NCBI GenBank assembly: GCA_016927755.1 | Contig: JAFGLZ010000028.1 | Span: forward strand, 464 to 64,463 | Length of the DNA: 64,000 nucleotides | Direction: 5' to 3' | DNA from: Phycisphaerae bacterium | GTDB lineage: Bacteria; Planctomycetota; Phycisphaerae; UBA1845; JAFGLZ01 | Shown here: piece by piece, positions 54,960 to 64,000 of the stretch | How positions within the stretch are numbered: the first letter of the stretch is position 1 | How the letters are laid out: each line of letters opens with the position of its first letter | Notes under the pieces: generated by a model | The model's database searches: none | The model's input: the letters and a program-made list of their open reading frames with translations, nothing else | What the model was told of the DNA's origin: nothing | Made by a program: the position numbers and the translations under genes

Positions 54960-55796
54960 ATGGTTCCCCACGAGATCACACTGGACCTTCCGGGCGGCTA
55001 TCAGGGCTTCGCGCGGTTGTGGCTGCCCGCCAGGCCGAAGGCGGCGGCGCTCTACCTCCACGGCATTCAGTCGCACGGCGTGTGGTTCGAGCGATCCGCC
55101 GGGAGGTTGGCGGAGGAAGGGTGTGCCGTGCTGCTGCCCGATCGGCGCGGCAGCGGGCGGAACCAGGTCGATCGGGGGGACGCCGCCTCGCCTCGCCAAC
55201 TCGTGGACGATCTGCTGGTGGCGTCGGCCGCGCTGAGCGCTCGAACGGGCCTGGCGCGGATCGCGGTGGTGGCCGTCAGTTGGGGCGCGAAGCTGGCCTT
55301 GGGCCTTGCCGGTCGAATCCCGGATCGGGTCGAGAGGCTCGTTCTGGTTGCGCCGGGGCTGTTTCCCCAGGTGGACGTTTCCGTGGCGACGAAGCTCTCG
55401 GTGGCGAGCTCATCCGTTCTCCGGCCCAAGCGGCTGTTCGACGTTCCGCTGGATGATCCTGAGCTGTTCACGGCCACGCCGGAGTGGATCGAGTTCATCG
55501 AGAAGGATCCACTCTCGATACGCAAGGTGACGGCGCGGTTTCTGCTCACGTCGCGCCGGTTGGATTGGCTCGTCCGGGCGTACGGGCGCCGGCCGGCGCC
55601 GGTTCCGATTCGGCTCTTCGTGGCCGGTCGAGATCGGATCATCGACAACGAGCGGACGCGACGGTTCGTCCGAGAGCTTGCCGTCGAGGACCGGTCCCTC
55701 ATCGAGTATCCGCAGGCACACCACACGCTGGAGTTCGAGCCCGATCCCGAGACCTACTTCCAAGACCTCGTTCGAGCCGTGCTCGAGCCGAGGTAA
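54960..55796 (+). CDS. Alpha/beta hydrolase (lysophospholipase/monoglyceride-lipase-like)
   Basis: LYLHGIQSHGVWF, the nucleophile elbow VAVSWGA, and a C-terminal AHHTLEFE. Confidence 0.75.
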   Translation: MVPHEITLDLPGGYQGFARLWLPARPKAAALYLHGIQSHGVWFERSAGRLAEEGCAVLLPDRRGSGRNQVDRGDAASPRQLVDDLLVASAALSARTGLARIAVVAVSWGAKLALGLAGRIPDRVERLVLVAPGLFPQVDVSVATKLSVASSSVLRPKRLFDVPLDDPELFTATPEWIEFIEKDPLSIRKVTARFLLTSRRLDWLVRAYGRRPAPVPIRLFVAGRDRIIDNERTRRFVRELAVEDRSLIEYPQAHHTLEFEPDPETYFQDLVRAVLEPR

Positions 55797-55943
55797 TTCC
55801 TCGACGGTTCATGGTCGGGGAAGATCCCCGGGGCGGGCGGGATCTAATCGCTTGACTAAACTCCTATGAAACCAGTAGTATTTTAATGGCGTGCTATCGG
55901 GCCGGAAGGTCCGAGTTGTCTCTTGCACGAAGCGAGGTGAAAG

Positions 55944-57401
55944 ATGCTTGGCCGAGGCTTTCGCGCGACGCTGCTGCTGCTGTCGCTGATCCTCGCGCTC
56001 GCCATGGTCGTCTTTGCCGCCACGGGCCCATCTATCGTCGTGGGGGCGATCGCGGTGGGAGCGGCCCTGACGGCGCTTGTCATGTTGACCAGGCAGCTCG
56101 TCTCGCGATCGCTTCGGCGCGAGTGGCCCGCGATCGCCTCGGCGATGCTGGCCAGCGTCGGTCTCGCGGCGATGGGCAGCGTCGCGTTGGTGATGTCGGA
56201 CACGTTCGGTGACGGCGGCGTGGTCGATCGGATCTGCGGCGCGGGGGGCCTGTTCGGCCAGTGCCAAGACGTCGTCCAGAGCCGCTGGTCGGCCCTTCAT
56301 CTGGGGTTCGGCACGCACGTCTGGCGAATTCCCTATGTCGTTCTTGGGCTGCTCTTTTACAGCACGCTCCTCGTTTGGTTTCTCATCGTCGGGCGTCCTG
56401 CTCCCGAGCGTCGATGTCAGTACCTGCCGCCGCTTGTGCTGACGGCGGCCGGTTCGGGCATGGGCGTGTTTCTGTCGGTCATCATGTTCGTCAAGCTGGG
56501 CGGGCCCTGCCCGTTCTGTTTGACAGCGCACCTGGCGACCCTTTGCCTGTTCGTCGTGACCGGGGTGTGCTGGCTGAGGGACAGGCCGGAGCGCTCGACC
56601 ACTGGCGCCTCCGAAGGGATGACGATGCGCTCGGCGGCCCGTCCGGTTGCGGCGGTGGCGGTGGCCGTTGTCTTCGGATTGGCCGGGCTTCAGTTCCGGC
56701 AGTGGTCCTTGAGCCGGCAGCAGGTCGTCGATTGGCAGGTCCGTCCTGACGATTCGGTTCTCGGGCCGGCGTCCGCTCCGTTCGTGGTGATCGTGTACAG
56801 CGATTTCCAGTGCGCCTACTGTCGCGATTTCGCCAAGCAACTCGACCGCGTGCGGAGTCGCTATCCGGAGCAGATCCGCCTGATCTATCGGCACTATCCG
56901 CTGAACCGCGCGTGCAACGAGCTGACGCCCGTGACGACGCACGCGTTGAGCTGCCACGCGGCGTGGGCCGCGGAGGCCGCCCGTGGGGTTGGTGGTAACG
57001 AGGCCTTCTGGAAGATGCATGATGCCCTCTTCGATCACCAGGCGGAGTTGGGTCGTGAACCCTACGACAAGTTGGCCGAGCAGGTCGGGCTAGACCCGCA
57101 GCGGTTCTCGGCGGCGATGGACGATCCGGCGATCCGGCAGCGGATCGACTCCCAAGTCCTCAGCGCCAAGCGATTTCACGTTATCGGCACGCCGGCGGCG
57201 TTCCTCAACGGGCGCCGCGTTCGGCGGTGGCGGTCGATGGAGTTTTGGGACGCGCTGATCAGGGAGTCGTCCGATGCGTCGCACAGCAAGGCCACCGCGT
57301 CGGGCGTTGTCCCTAGCTGTCCAGTGACGCCTGCGATCGGTACCGATTCACCAGACCGAGTTCGTCCAGCTCAACTCGTCGCGGCGTCGCCCCTTCCCTG
57401 A
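55944..57401 (+). CDS. VKOR (vitamin K epoxide reductase) - DsbA/thioredoxin fusion protein
   Basis: VKOR loop cysteines CGAGGLFGQC and CPFC within the TM bundle. The C-terminal DsbA-like domain has the active site DFQCAYC. Confidence 0.85.
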   Translation: MLGRGFRATLLLLSLILALAMVVFAATGPSIVVGAIAVGAALTALVMLTRQLVSRSLRREWPAIASAMLASVGLAAMGSVALVMSDTFGDGGVVDRICGAGGLFGQCQDVVQSRWSALHLGFGTHVWRIPYVVLGLLFYSTLLVWFLIVGRPAPERRCQYLPPLVLTAAGSGMGVFLSVIMFVKLGGPCPFCLTAHLATLCLFVVTGVCWLRDRPERSTTGASEGMTMRSAARPVAAVAVAVVFGLAGLQFRQWSLSRQQVVDWQVRPDDSVLGPASAPFVVIVYSDFQCAYCRDFAKQLDRVRSRYPEQIRLIYRHYPLNRACNELTPVTTHALSCHAAWAAEAARGVGGNEAFWKMHDALFDHQAELGREPYDKLAEQVGLDPQRFSAAMDDPAIRQRIDSQVLSAKRFHVIGTPAAFLNGRRVRRWRSMEFWDALIRESSDASHSKATASGVVPSCPVTPAIGTDSPDRVRPAQLVAASPLP

Positions 57402-58516
57402 AACGCCAGGACGCGCCGAGCGATCTCGAAGGCGGCCTGGGGCCGGGCGAGGCGCTGCGCAGCGGCCTTGAGCCGGTCCAGCCGATCCCCATCGGCCAGC
57501 AGATGGTTCAGCTTGTACGGCAATGTGGCGACGCTGTTGATCTTGATCGCGGCGCCGTTTTCCAGCAGAAAGTCGCTGTTGCGGCTCTCCTGTCCGGGTA
57601 CGGGGTTGACGATGGCCATGGCGGCCCCGCGAGCGAGCGTCTCCGAGGTGGTCAGCCCGCCGGGTTTCGAGACGACGACGTCGGCCAGGAGCATCAACTC
57701 ATCGATCTGATCGGTGAACCCCAGCACCTTGGTTCGATGTCGGCTCGGGGGCTTCATGGTCTCGAGCCGCTGCTTGAGCTCTTCGTTCCTTCCCGAGACG
57801 ACGACGATCTCACACGGGACGTCGATCTGCATGACCGACTCGTACAGCTTCTCGATCGGTCCCACGCCGAACCCACCTGAAAGTTGCAGGATGATCGGTC
57901 GATCGCCCACGAGGCCTTGCCTCTTGAGGCACTCGGCTCGGTCCTTGGGCCGGCTGAAGACGGGGTGGATGGGGATGCCGGTGACCGTGACGTTCTCGGC
58001 GGGGACGCCCCAGTGCTGCAGGTTGACGGCCCCTTCCTCGGTGGCGGTGAAGTAGTGCTCGCACGGGTCGTGCGCCCAGAGACGGTGTGTCTCGAAGTCG
58101 GTGGTGACGGTAAAGTGCGGCAGGTCGAGCTCGCCCTTGTTCCGTAGCGAAGCGATAATCTCGGTGGAGAGGAAGTGCGTGTTGACGACCAGGTCCCACG
58201 GCTTGCTCTCCAGCAGGCGGATGAAGGGCTTGAGGTTCAGCTTCTGGATCTTGATCCGCAGCCGATCGCTCCGATGCCGAGCCGAGCTCGGTCGATCCAT
58301 CATGTCATAGATGTAGCCGAGCAGGTGCGGGGCCTTGCTGATGAGGTCGAGATACGTCTGGGCATAGACCTTTCGGAACGCGGCGTTCGTGAGGGTCAGG
58401 ACGTCCACGTTCTCGATCTCGGTGGCGGGGTCCAGCTCGCGGATCGCCAGCTCGATGGCCTCGGCGGCACGGAGGTGACCGCCGCCGACCGACGTCGATA
58501 GAATCAGTACGCGCAT
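57371..58516 (-). CDS. GT28 MGDG-synthase / UgtP-like diacylglycerol glycosyltransferase, paralogue 1
   Basis: ILSTSVGGGHLRAAEAI, the MGDG_synth N-domain pattern, and a C-terminal SKPGGLTTSE...PGQE. Confidence 0.8.
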   Translation of the reverse strand: MRVLILSTSVGGGHLRAAEAIELAIRELDPATEIENVDVLTLTNAAFRKVYAQTYLDLISKAPHLLGYIYDMMDRPSSARHRSDRLRIKIQKLNLKPFIRLLESKPWDLVVNTHFLSTEIIASLRNKGELDLPHFTVTTDFETHRLWAHDPCEHYFTATEEGAVNLQHWGVPAENVTVTGIPIHPVFSRPKDRAECLKRQGLVGDRPIILQLSGGFGVGPIEKLYESVMQIDVPCEIVVVSGRNEELKQRLETMKPPSRHRTKVLGFTDQIDELMLLADVVVSKPGGLTTSETLARGAAMAIVNPVPGQESRNSDFLLENGAAIKINSVATLPYKLNHLLADGDRLDRLKAAAQRLARPQAAFEIARRVLAFQGRGDAATS

Positions 58517-58544
58517 TCGTTTTCACTCCGATCCTTGCATCGAC

Positions 58545-59690
58545 TCAACTCCGCTCGGCCAGCGCGATGACGTGTCGCGCGACGTCATGGGCCGCCTCGG
58601 GACGTCCGAGCTTGCGGGCATTGGCCTTGAAGGCCGCCAAGCGATTGTGGTCCTCAAGGAGCTTTCCGAGCTTGTGCGGCAGCAGTCCGACGGGGTCGGC
58701 GGCGATGGCGGCGCCCTGCTCGAGCAAGAAGCTGCTGTTTCGCGTCTCCTGGCCCGGAACGGGATGGACGATCGCCAGGACGGCGCCGCGGGCCAAGGCC
58801 TCGGAGGAGGTGAGCCCGCCCGGCTTGGAGACCACGACGTCGGCCAGGAGCATCAGCTCGTCCATCTGATCGGTAAACCCGAGCACGTGGGTTCGATGCC
58901 GCGAGGTCGCGTCCGAGGCGACTACTTCCCGCAACCGCCCCCTGAGGACCTCATTGCGTCCGGCGACCACGACGACGTCGCACGGTACGTCGACTTGGGC
59001 GATCAACTGATGGAGCTCCTCGACCGGCCCGACGCCGAATCCGCCGGATAGTTGGAGGATGACCGGACGATCGCCCTGGAGTCCATGCCGCGCCAGGCAC
59101 TCGGCTCGGTCCTTGACCTTGCTGAACTCGGGATGGACGGGGATCCCCGTGACGCGGATGTCGTCTCTGGGCACGCCGAGGCACTCGAGGGTGGCCGCTG
59201 CCTCGTCGCAGGCGGCGAAGTAGCGTTCGCAGGGGGAGACCACCCACATTCTGTGGACGCCGAAGTCGGTCGGGATCATCGCCTGGGGGATGCTCAGGCG
59301 TCCTTTTCTTCGCAGCCAGGCGAGCATTTCGGCCCCGAGGAAGTGCGTGTTGACGACGACGTCCCAGGGCCGGCCTTGCAGCAGTCGGAGGAATCGTCGC
59401 AGGTGCGGTTTCTGCATCATGATTCGCAGGCGATCGCCGAGTGCGTCGGGGGGGCGGGGCTTGTCCATCTGGTCGTAGAGGTAGCCGTGCAGGTGGGGGG
59501 CCTTGTGCATTACGTCGAGCGAGAGCTTCGCGTAGACCCTTCTGAAGGCGGCGTTGGTCAGCGTCAGGACATCGACGTTCTCGACGAGGGCGTCGGGACG
59601 GAGTCCGCGCAGCGCCGACTCGACGGCCTCGGCCGCGCGGAGGTGTCCGCCACCGACGGATGTGGAAAGGATCAGTATGCGCACGGACAA
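58545..59690 (-). CDS. GT28 MGDG-synthase / UgtP-like diacylglycerol glycosyltransferase, paralogue 2
   Basis: Colinear with paralogue 1 and also 381 aa: ILSTSVGGGHLRAAEAV ... SKPGGLTSSE ... PGQE. Confidence 0.8.
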   Translation of the reverse strand: MSVRILILSTSVGGGHLRAAEAVESALRGLRPDALVENVDVLTLTNAAFRRVYAKLSLDVMHKAPHLHGYLYDQMDKPRPPDALGDRLRIMMQKPHLRRFLRLLQGRPWDVVVNTHFLGAEMLAWLRRKGRLSIPQAMIPTDFGVHRMWVVSPCERYFAACDEAAATLECLGVPRDDIRVTGIPVHPEFSKVKDRAECLARHGLQGDRPVILQLSGGFGVGPVEELHQLIAQVDVPCDVVVVAGRNEVLRGRLREVVASDATSRHRTHVLGFTDQMDELMLLADVVVSKPGGLTSSEALARGAVLAIVHPVPGQETRNSSFLLEQGAAIAADPVGLLPHKLGKLLEDHNRLAAFKANARKLGRPEAAHDVARHVIALAERS

Positions 59691-59740
59691 CAGGCTCCTC
59701 TATGAGTGCTCGGGCGTCGACGGCGTCCGTCTTCCGGCGA

Positions 59741-61417
59741 CTATTCGATCTTCTTTGCCGGCAGATGCAAGCCGTGCTGGTGTAGGATCAGGCTTTCGAC
59801 GTTTCCGTCCTTGTCCCTTACGAACTCGATCTGCGCCTCGACGACCTTGTAGAAGAACTTCGTCTGCGATTCGGGGAACACGGGGAAGGTCGGTTGGCTT
59901 CCGAGTCGGACCATGAGCTTGCCGTCGTCCGAGAGCTTGATGTCGAAGACGTCGCCGGAGGCCAGTTTGTACTTCCCGACGTACGGGCGGAGAGCTTTGG
60001 GGTCGAGGGAGATTTCCTTTTTGGGCGGCGGGGGCTTGTAGTCGGGTCCGAGCTTGGCGGCGGTCTGATCGATCCCGCCCTGGTGCAGGACGAGGCGGTC
60101 GACCTTGCCTTTGTCGTCTCTGCGGAAGGTGATCTGTGCGTCCACGATCTTGTAGAAGAACTTGTCCTTGGCCTCGGGATAGACGGGCACTTCGGGCTGG
60201 CCGGTCAGTCGGACCATCAGTTGGTCGCCTTCTCGGCGAACCGTGAAGACGACGTCTTGCTGAAGCTGGTAGTAGCCGACGTAGTCGTCGAGGTTTCCGG
60301 CGGTCGCGGTGGTCGTTTTGCGGACCGTCTTCAGGGGATACTTCGACTGAAGGGCGTGGAGGCCGAGATCGTCCGGATCGTCGGTGGAATTGGAGAGGAT
60401 CAAGACGCCTGTCTTGGTCTTCGGCACGAACCCGCAAAAGCTCCGGTAGCCTCCGGTTCCGCCGTTGTGCCAGATGATCTCCGTTCCGAATTTCGTGAAG
60501 ACGTGCCAGCCGAGGGCGATGTCCATGCCCGGCGCGCCTGTTTCTCGGCGCGGTCGCATGGTGGCCTGGAAGGCCGAGGCGAGGGGTGTCTTGGTCAATC
60601 CCGCAGCGGCCGAGAGGAAGCGCAGCATGTCCTTGGCCGATGACCGCAGCGCGCCGGCGCCGGCGAAGGCGTCGAAGGTCCAGTTCTTGACCGCCTTGCC
60701 GCCTGCGTGGCCTTTGGCCAGGCGTTTGGCCTGGTCGGGGCTGAGCGTGATGCGCGTGTCCTTCATGCCGAGCGGGTCGCATATGCGATCGACGACAAGG
60801 CGCTCATATGGGACTCCCGCGACGCGAGAGAGGACGACGCCGAGCAGCCCCGCGCCCAGGTTGGAGTACTCGTAGTTGGCGTCGACGTCGCGGGCGAGCG
60901 TGCATCCGTCTAGGAACTCGTAGAGGCGTTCGGGGGCGTATCCGGCGTACGGATCGGCCGGGTCCTTCGAGTCGAAATTCGAGGGCATTCGGGGCAGGCC
61001 CGACGTATGCATCGCGAGGTGACGGAGCGTCATCTTCTTGGCGCCCCGCGCGGGCGCCTTGACGCCCTGGGGCAAGTACTTGTCGACCGGGTCGTCGAAC
61101 TGGAGCTTGCCGTCCTGAGCCAGCAAGGCCATGGCCAGGGCGGTGAAGACCTTGGTGATCGATCCGATCTCGTAGATCGTGTTTTCGTCGACGCGGCGGT
61201 CGCTCTGCTTCGACGGCTTGCCGTAACAGAAGAGGCTTGTGCCGTTGGGATCAACCATGCCGACGACGATGCCGACGCTGTAGCCGTTGTCGACGCGCTC
61301 CTGGACGCTCTTCTTGACGTCCTCTGGGATGGATGGGCCCTCGGCGGCGCCGGCGATTCTGGTTGCCATGAACACAGAGGCGACGAGGGCAAGACGGGCT
61401 AGAGATGGATAGTGCAT
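59741..61417 (-). CDS. Secreted serine hydrolase of the beta-lactamase (class C / PBP4*-like) family with two DUF3471-like C-terminal repeats
   Basis: Signal peptide present. SxxK as GSITKVF, YSN as EYSNLG, and HNGGTGG. Two internal ~70-aa repeats (..FFYKIVDAQITFRRDDKGKVDRLVLHQGG / ..FFYKVVEAQIEFVRDKDGNVESLILHQHG). Confidence 0.8.
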   Translation of the reverse strand: MHYPSLARLALVASVFMATRIAGAAEGPSIPEDVKKSVQERVDNGYSVGIVVGMVDPNGTSLFCYGKPSKQSDRRVDENTIYEIGSITKVFTALAMALLAQDGKLQFDDPVDKYLPQGVKAPARGAKKMTLRHLAMHTSGLPRMPSNFDSKDPADPYAGYAPERLYEFLDGCTLARDVDANYEYSNLGAGLLGVVLSRVAGVPYERLVVDRICDPLGMKDTRITLSPDQAKRLAKGHAGGKAVKNWTFDAFAGAGALRSSAKDMLRFLSAAAGLTKTPLASAFQATMRPRRETGAPGMDIALGWHVFTKFGTEIIWHNGGTGGYRSFCGFVPKTKTGVLILSNSTDDPDDLGLHALQSKYPLKTVRKTTTATAGNLDDYVGYYQLQQDVVFTVRREGDQLMVRLTGQPEVPVYPEAKDKFFYKIVDAQITFRRDDKGKVDRLVLHQGGIDQTAAKLGPDYKPPPPKKEISLDPKALRPYVGKYKLASGDVFDIKLSDDGKLMVRLGSQPTFPVFPESQTKFFYKVVEAQIEFVRDKDGNVESLILHQHGLHLPAKKIE

Positions 61418-61457
61418 GTCGTTCTCCCTTGCGGTGCGCTGGTTTGCCTACAGTGTA

Positions 61458-64000
61458 TCAGGGCGCGGGTTTCTTCTGCATCCTCGGATCGGCGGCCTCG
61501 TCGGTCTTCCGCAGCCGTTCGAGTGTCGGCGCCGGGACCTTCAGCAGGCGGGCGAGGCGCTGCGGGGCAACACGGGTCTTCGGATCGAACTGATCGCTTG
61601 CGGCGTACTCGAGCAGGCAGTGCTCGAGATAGGCCGCGCCTGGATCGCAGGTCGGGAGATTGAGGGCGCAAACGAGCAGACGTCCTTTGCCGACCTGCCA
61701 CTCGAAGACGGCGGCCTGTCGAGAGACGTTCTTGTAGGTCTGAACGACCTCGATGATTGGGTCGAAGGCCTTGGGCATTTCGTCGAAGACGACGGCGGAA
61801 CCGCCGTCGAGCATCGGTCGCAACTGCCAGGCGCAGTAGCCGTCGTGCGGGAAGCGCTGCATCAGCGGATGGTCGGCGATGACGGTGGCGAGGTTTCCGC
61901 TGGGCCGGCCGGCGACGGCCATCTGGAAGCTGGTCTTCCGTGCGGGCAACGGCTTGTGGCCGAGGAGGAGGACGCGCCCGCCACGAATCAGCTTGCCAAG
62001 TTCGTCGGCGGTGAGCTGTCGGACGATCGAGACTTCGGCGGACGGCTTGGGGGCGTTGACAGCGGGGAAGATCCAGTAGGGCCAGGCGTTTTCGATCTCG
62101 CCGTCGGGGCTGGCCAGACGGGCCTCGAGGTGGGCCTTGATCGGCCTGGTCGGTGATGGGACGGCCAAGCGGACGTCGGCGATCTTGGCGACGGATCCGG
62201 GCTCGATGGCCGTGACGGCCTGCTCGCCTTGCGCGAGGGCGGTGTCATCTTCGGCGCGGAGGCGCCATCGGAGCGTAGCGCTACTGAGTGTTGACGGGCC
62301 GAACCAGGAGATGAGGAGGTCGGCCTTGAACGCGTCGCCTGCTTTCAGGTTTCGGCTCTTCGACGGGTCCAGGAGCAGGACGTTCTGGCCGTTCCAGCGA
62401 AGGATTTGGGCGACTGAGTCGCCTGGCTTGAGCTCGTCGAATTCGTTGAGGACGCCGCAGCCGTAGCCGTAGCGGTGCCAGTGGGGGTCGTTCGCGCCGA
62501 GGACGTCGTATCCGGCGATTCGGTGCGTCTTGCGCGCGGTCTCGATGACGTCCTTGAAGAGCAGTCGCTGCCAGGCGCATGAGTTGCGGTAGTAGAGGGC
62601 GGCACGATCGATCAGCCCGGCCTGTGTCAGGCTCTCGCGGATGTTGGCGAAGAGCGTCGTGCCGATTCGCGTGCTGGCGTAGCGGCGCTCCAGGTCGAGG
62701 TCGAGGTAGCTGCCGATGATGCCGACCTCGTGGCTCAGGCAGGGGCGCTCGTAGACCTTCAGGCGCTCGTCGAGCCACTTGGCGTCGCCGGCGAGGGTCT
62801 GGTAGCTGAGCGTGCCCCAGGCGTATTGGCCGAAGACGTCGGAGAACTGCTTGAGGGCCTCGAGCCGGTGTGGGTTGTGCGGATAGGGTTTGGCGACCAG
62901 GCCCTGGCCGAACTGCTGCTTGGCGCCGTACTCGACGCCGCGGAGGGCTTCCTGCGGGTTGAAGAGGGCGTCGGGGACGAGCTTGCGCGCGTCGTCGGCG
63001 CACTGGTGGAGGAAGTCGATCTTGGCCTCGTCGAGGACCTCCTCGTTGCCGCAGCAGTAGATAACGACGGAGGGGTGCTTGCGGCAGAAGCGGAGGATGT
63101 CGAGCCACTGGGCTGGCTCGTAGCCGAAGGGGGGCTCGACCTGGATGAGCATGCCCAACTCGTCGGCGGCCACTAGGTACTGCTCCAATGGGACGGAGGT
63201 GTGGAAGCGGAGCCAGTTGAAGCCGACTTCCTTCATGCGCCGGACGTGGCGGCGATACCAATCGACGTCGAGCGGGGGGGTGCAGGTTTCGGGGTAGTAG
63301 GAGCACTCGCAGATTCCGCGGAGGAAGATCGGGGCGTCGTTAAGGCGGAGCTGGAAGCCGTGGCGGGTGAGCCGGCGGAGGCCGAAGTCTTGGGAGCGCT
63401 TGTCGAGGCAGGTTGAGTCTTGGTGGAGGGAGGCCTCGATTCGGTAGAGATTGGGCGTTCGGTCGGACCAGGGCTTCATGGCGAACGTGTCCGTGGACCA
63501 TTCGAGCGTTGTGGCGGCGGCGGGGAGCCGGCCTTGGCCCAGGGGCTTGTCGGTCTGTCGATCGGCGATGCGCCAGCGGAGGTCGGCGTTCTTTGGCGTG
63601 TGGCCCGTGAGCTCGACGCGCCAGCGGAGCTTTCCGCCGTCGCTCTGGTGGACGTAGAGGTCGGCGATTCGCGTTGCGCCGGCGACGTCGAGGCGGACGG
63701 GGCCGAAGATGCCCGCGCTTCGTCCTTTGTATCCGCGGATGATGGATCCGAGCCGGGCGGTGTCGGTGTTGTCGACGGCGATGATAAGCTCGTTGGTTTG
63801 TCCGGGGTGGAGGTGTTCGGTCAGGGGGACTTCCCACGTCGTCGAGTGTCCGACGTGGTGGTGGATTTGTCTGGCGTTGACGTAGACCCAGGCCTGCATG
63901 ACGACGCGTCCGACGTGGAGAGTGATCTGCCGGTTCGACCCGTCGGTCGGGACGTCGATTCGCTTGCGGTACCAGCCGGTGCCGAGGAGGTAGGGGAGCG
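61458..64000 (-). CDS. Glycoside hydrolase family 2-like protein; N-terminus runs off the window end
   Basis: The frame stays open upstream of the listed start (LPYLLGTGWYRKRIDVP...ITLHVGRVVMQAWVYVNARQIHHHVG is the GH2 sugar-binding domain). The TIM-barrel block is VVIYCCGNEE. Confidence 0.75.
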   Translation of the reverse strand, partial: LPYLLGTGWYRKRIDVPTDGSNRQITLHVGRVVMQAWVYVNARQIHHHVGHSTTWEVPLTEHLHPGQTNELIIAVDNTDTARLGSIIRGYKGRSAGIFGPVRLDVAGATRIADLYVHQSDGGKLRWRVELTGHTPKNADLRWRIADRQTDKPLGQGRLPAAATTLEWSTDTFAMKPWSDRTPNLYRIEASLHQDSTCLDKRSQDFGLRRLTRHGFQLRLNDAPIFLRGICECSYYPETCTPPLDVDWYRRHVRRMKEVGFNWLRFHTSVPLEQYLVAADELGMLIQVEPPFGYEPAQWLDILRFCRKHPSVVIYCCGNEEVLDEAKIDFLHQCADDARKLVPDALFNPQEALRGVEYGAKQQFGQGLVAKPYPHNPHRLEALKQFSDVFGQYAWGTLSYQTLAGDAKWLDERLKVYERPCLSHEVGIIGSYLDLDLERRYASTRIGTTLFANIRESLTQAGLIDRAALYYRNSCAWQRLLFKDVIETARKTHRIAGYDVLGANDPHWHRYGYGCGVLNEFDELKPGDSVAQILRWNGQNVLLLDPSKSRNLKAGDAFKADLLISWFGPSTLSSATLRWRLRAEDDTALAQGEQAVTAIEPGSVAKIADVRLAVPSPTRPIKAHLEARLASPDGEIENAWPYWIFPAVNAPKPSAEVSIVRQLTADELGKLIRGGRVLLLGHKPLPARKTSFQMAVAGRPSGNLATVIADHPLMQRFPHDGYCAWQLRPMLDGGSAVVFDEMPKAFDPIIEVVQTYKNVSRQAAVFEWQVGKGRLLVCALNLPTCDPGAAYLEHCLLEYAASDQFDPKTRVAPQRLARLLKVPAPTLERLRKTDEAADPRMQKKPAP

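Noticed and set aside
53672-55456. 594-aa + strand ORF, together with the 446-aa minus ORF 53562..54902
   Set aside because: Both overlap the MBOAT gene in other frames or on the other strand. Only the 53438..54814 frame gives the MBOAT signature (including the WHISLSTWFKDYVYIPLGG and GLWHGA blocks).
55809-57038. 409-aa minus-strand ORF
   Set aside because: It is antisense to the VKOR-DsbA fusion, which has the CxxC motifs and a TM pattern.

Overview
High-GC bacterial chromosomal segment, probably from the PVC superphylum / Planctomycetota. That placement is an inference from a DUF1559/HX9DG prepilin-like protein, a polytopic membrane protein with a CxxC...CPECG tail, unusually long intergenic regions and a family of CACGGGCATCTTGCCCGTG-type hairpin repeats. 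I support about 47 protein genes.

Most genes are housekeeping or envelope functions: purM, lysC, clpC, an RluB-like pseudouridine synthase, a rhomboid protease, PBP4/dacB, a ComEA-like protein, a VKOR-DsbA fusion, an MBOAT, and two tandem GT28 glycolipid synthase-like genes. There is a carbohydrate-active block: a heparinase II/III-like lyase, an esterase, a beta-propeller GH, a GH10-like protein, GH2, and two URO-D-like genes plus a DapA-family aldolase. There is also a scattered phosphate-scavenging theme: an AlkP-superfamily lipoprotein, a PTP-like phosphatase, two tandem OprO/P-type porins, a GDPD and a purple-acid-phosphatase-like metallophosphoesterase.

I saw no rRNA, tRNA, CRISPR array, transposase or integrase.

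The items I consider most worth a second look:
- A NACHT/STAND NTPase truncated by the window start and absent from the ORF track, next to a decayed nucleotidyltransferase/antitoxin-like pair.
- A roughly 165-190 nt structured non-coding element present twice (near 4.5 kb and 25.1 kb).
- A promoter-hairpin-terminator unit that looks like a ~70-nt sRNA with two C7 loops (49.1 kb).
- An orphan minus-strand intrinsic terminator behind an AT-rich island (29.6-30.0 kb).
- A FlgI (P-ring)-like lipoprotein outside any flagellar context.

I could not identify a clear multi-gene novel system with confidence. All domain calls are by-eye motif recognition and need profile searches.
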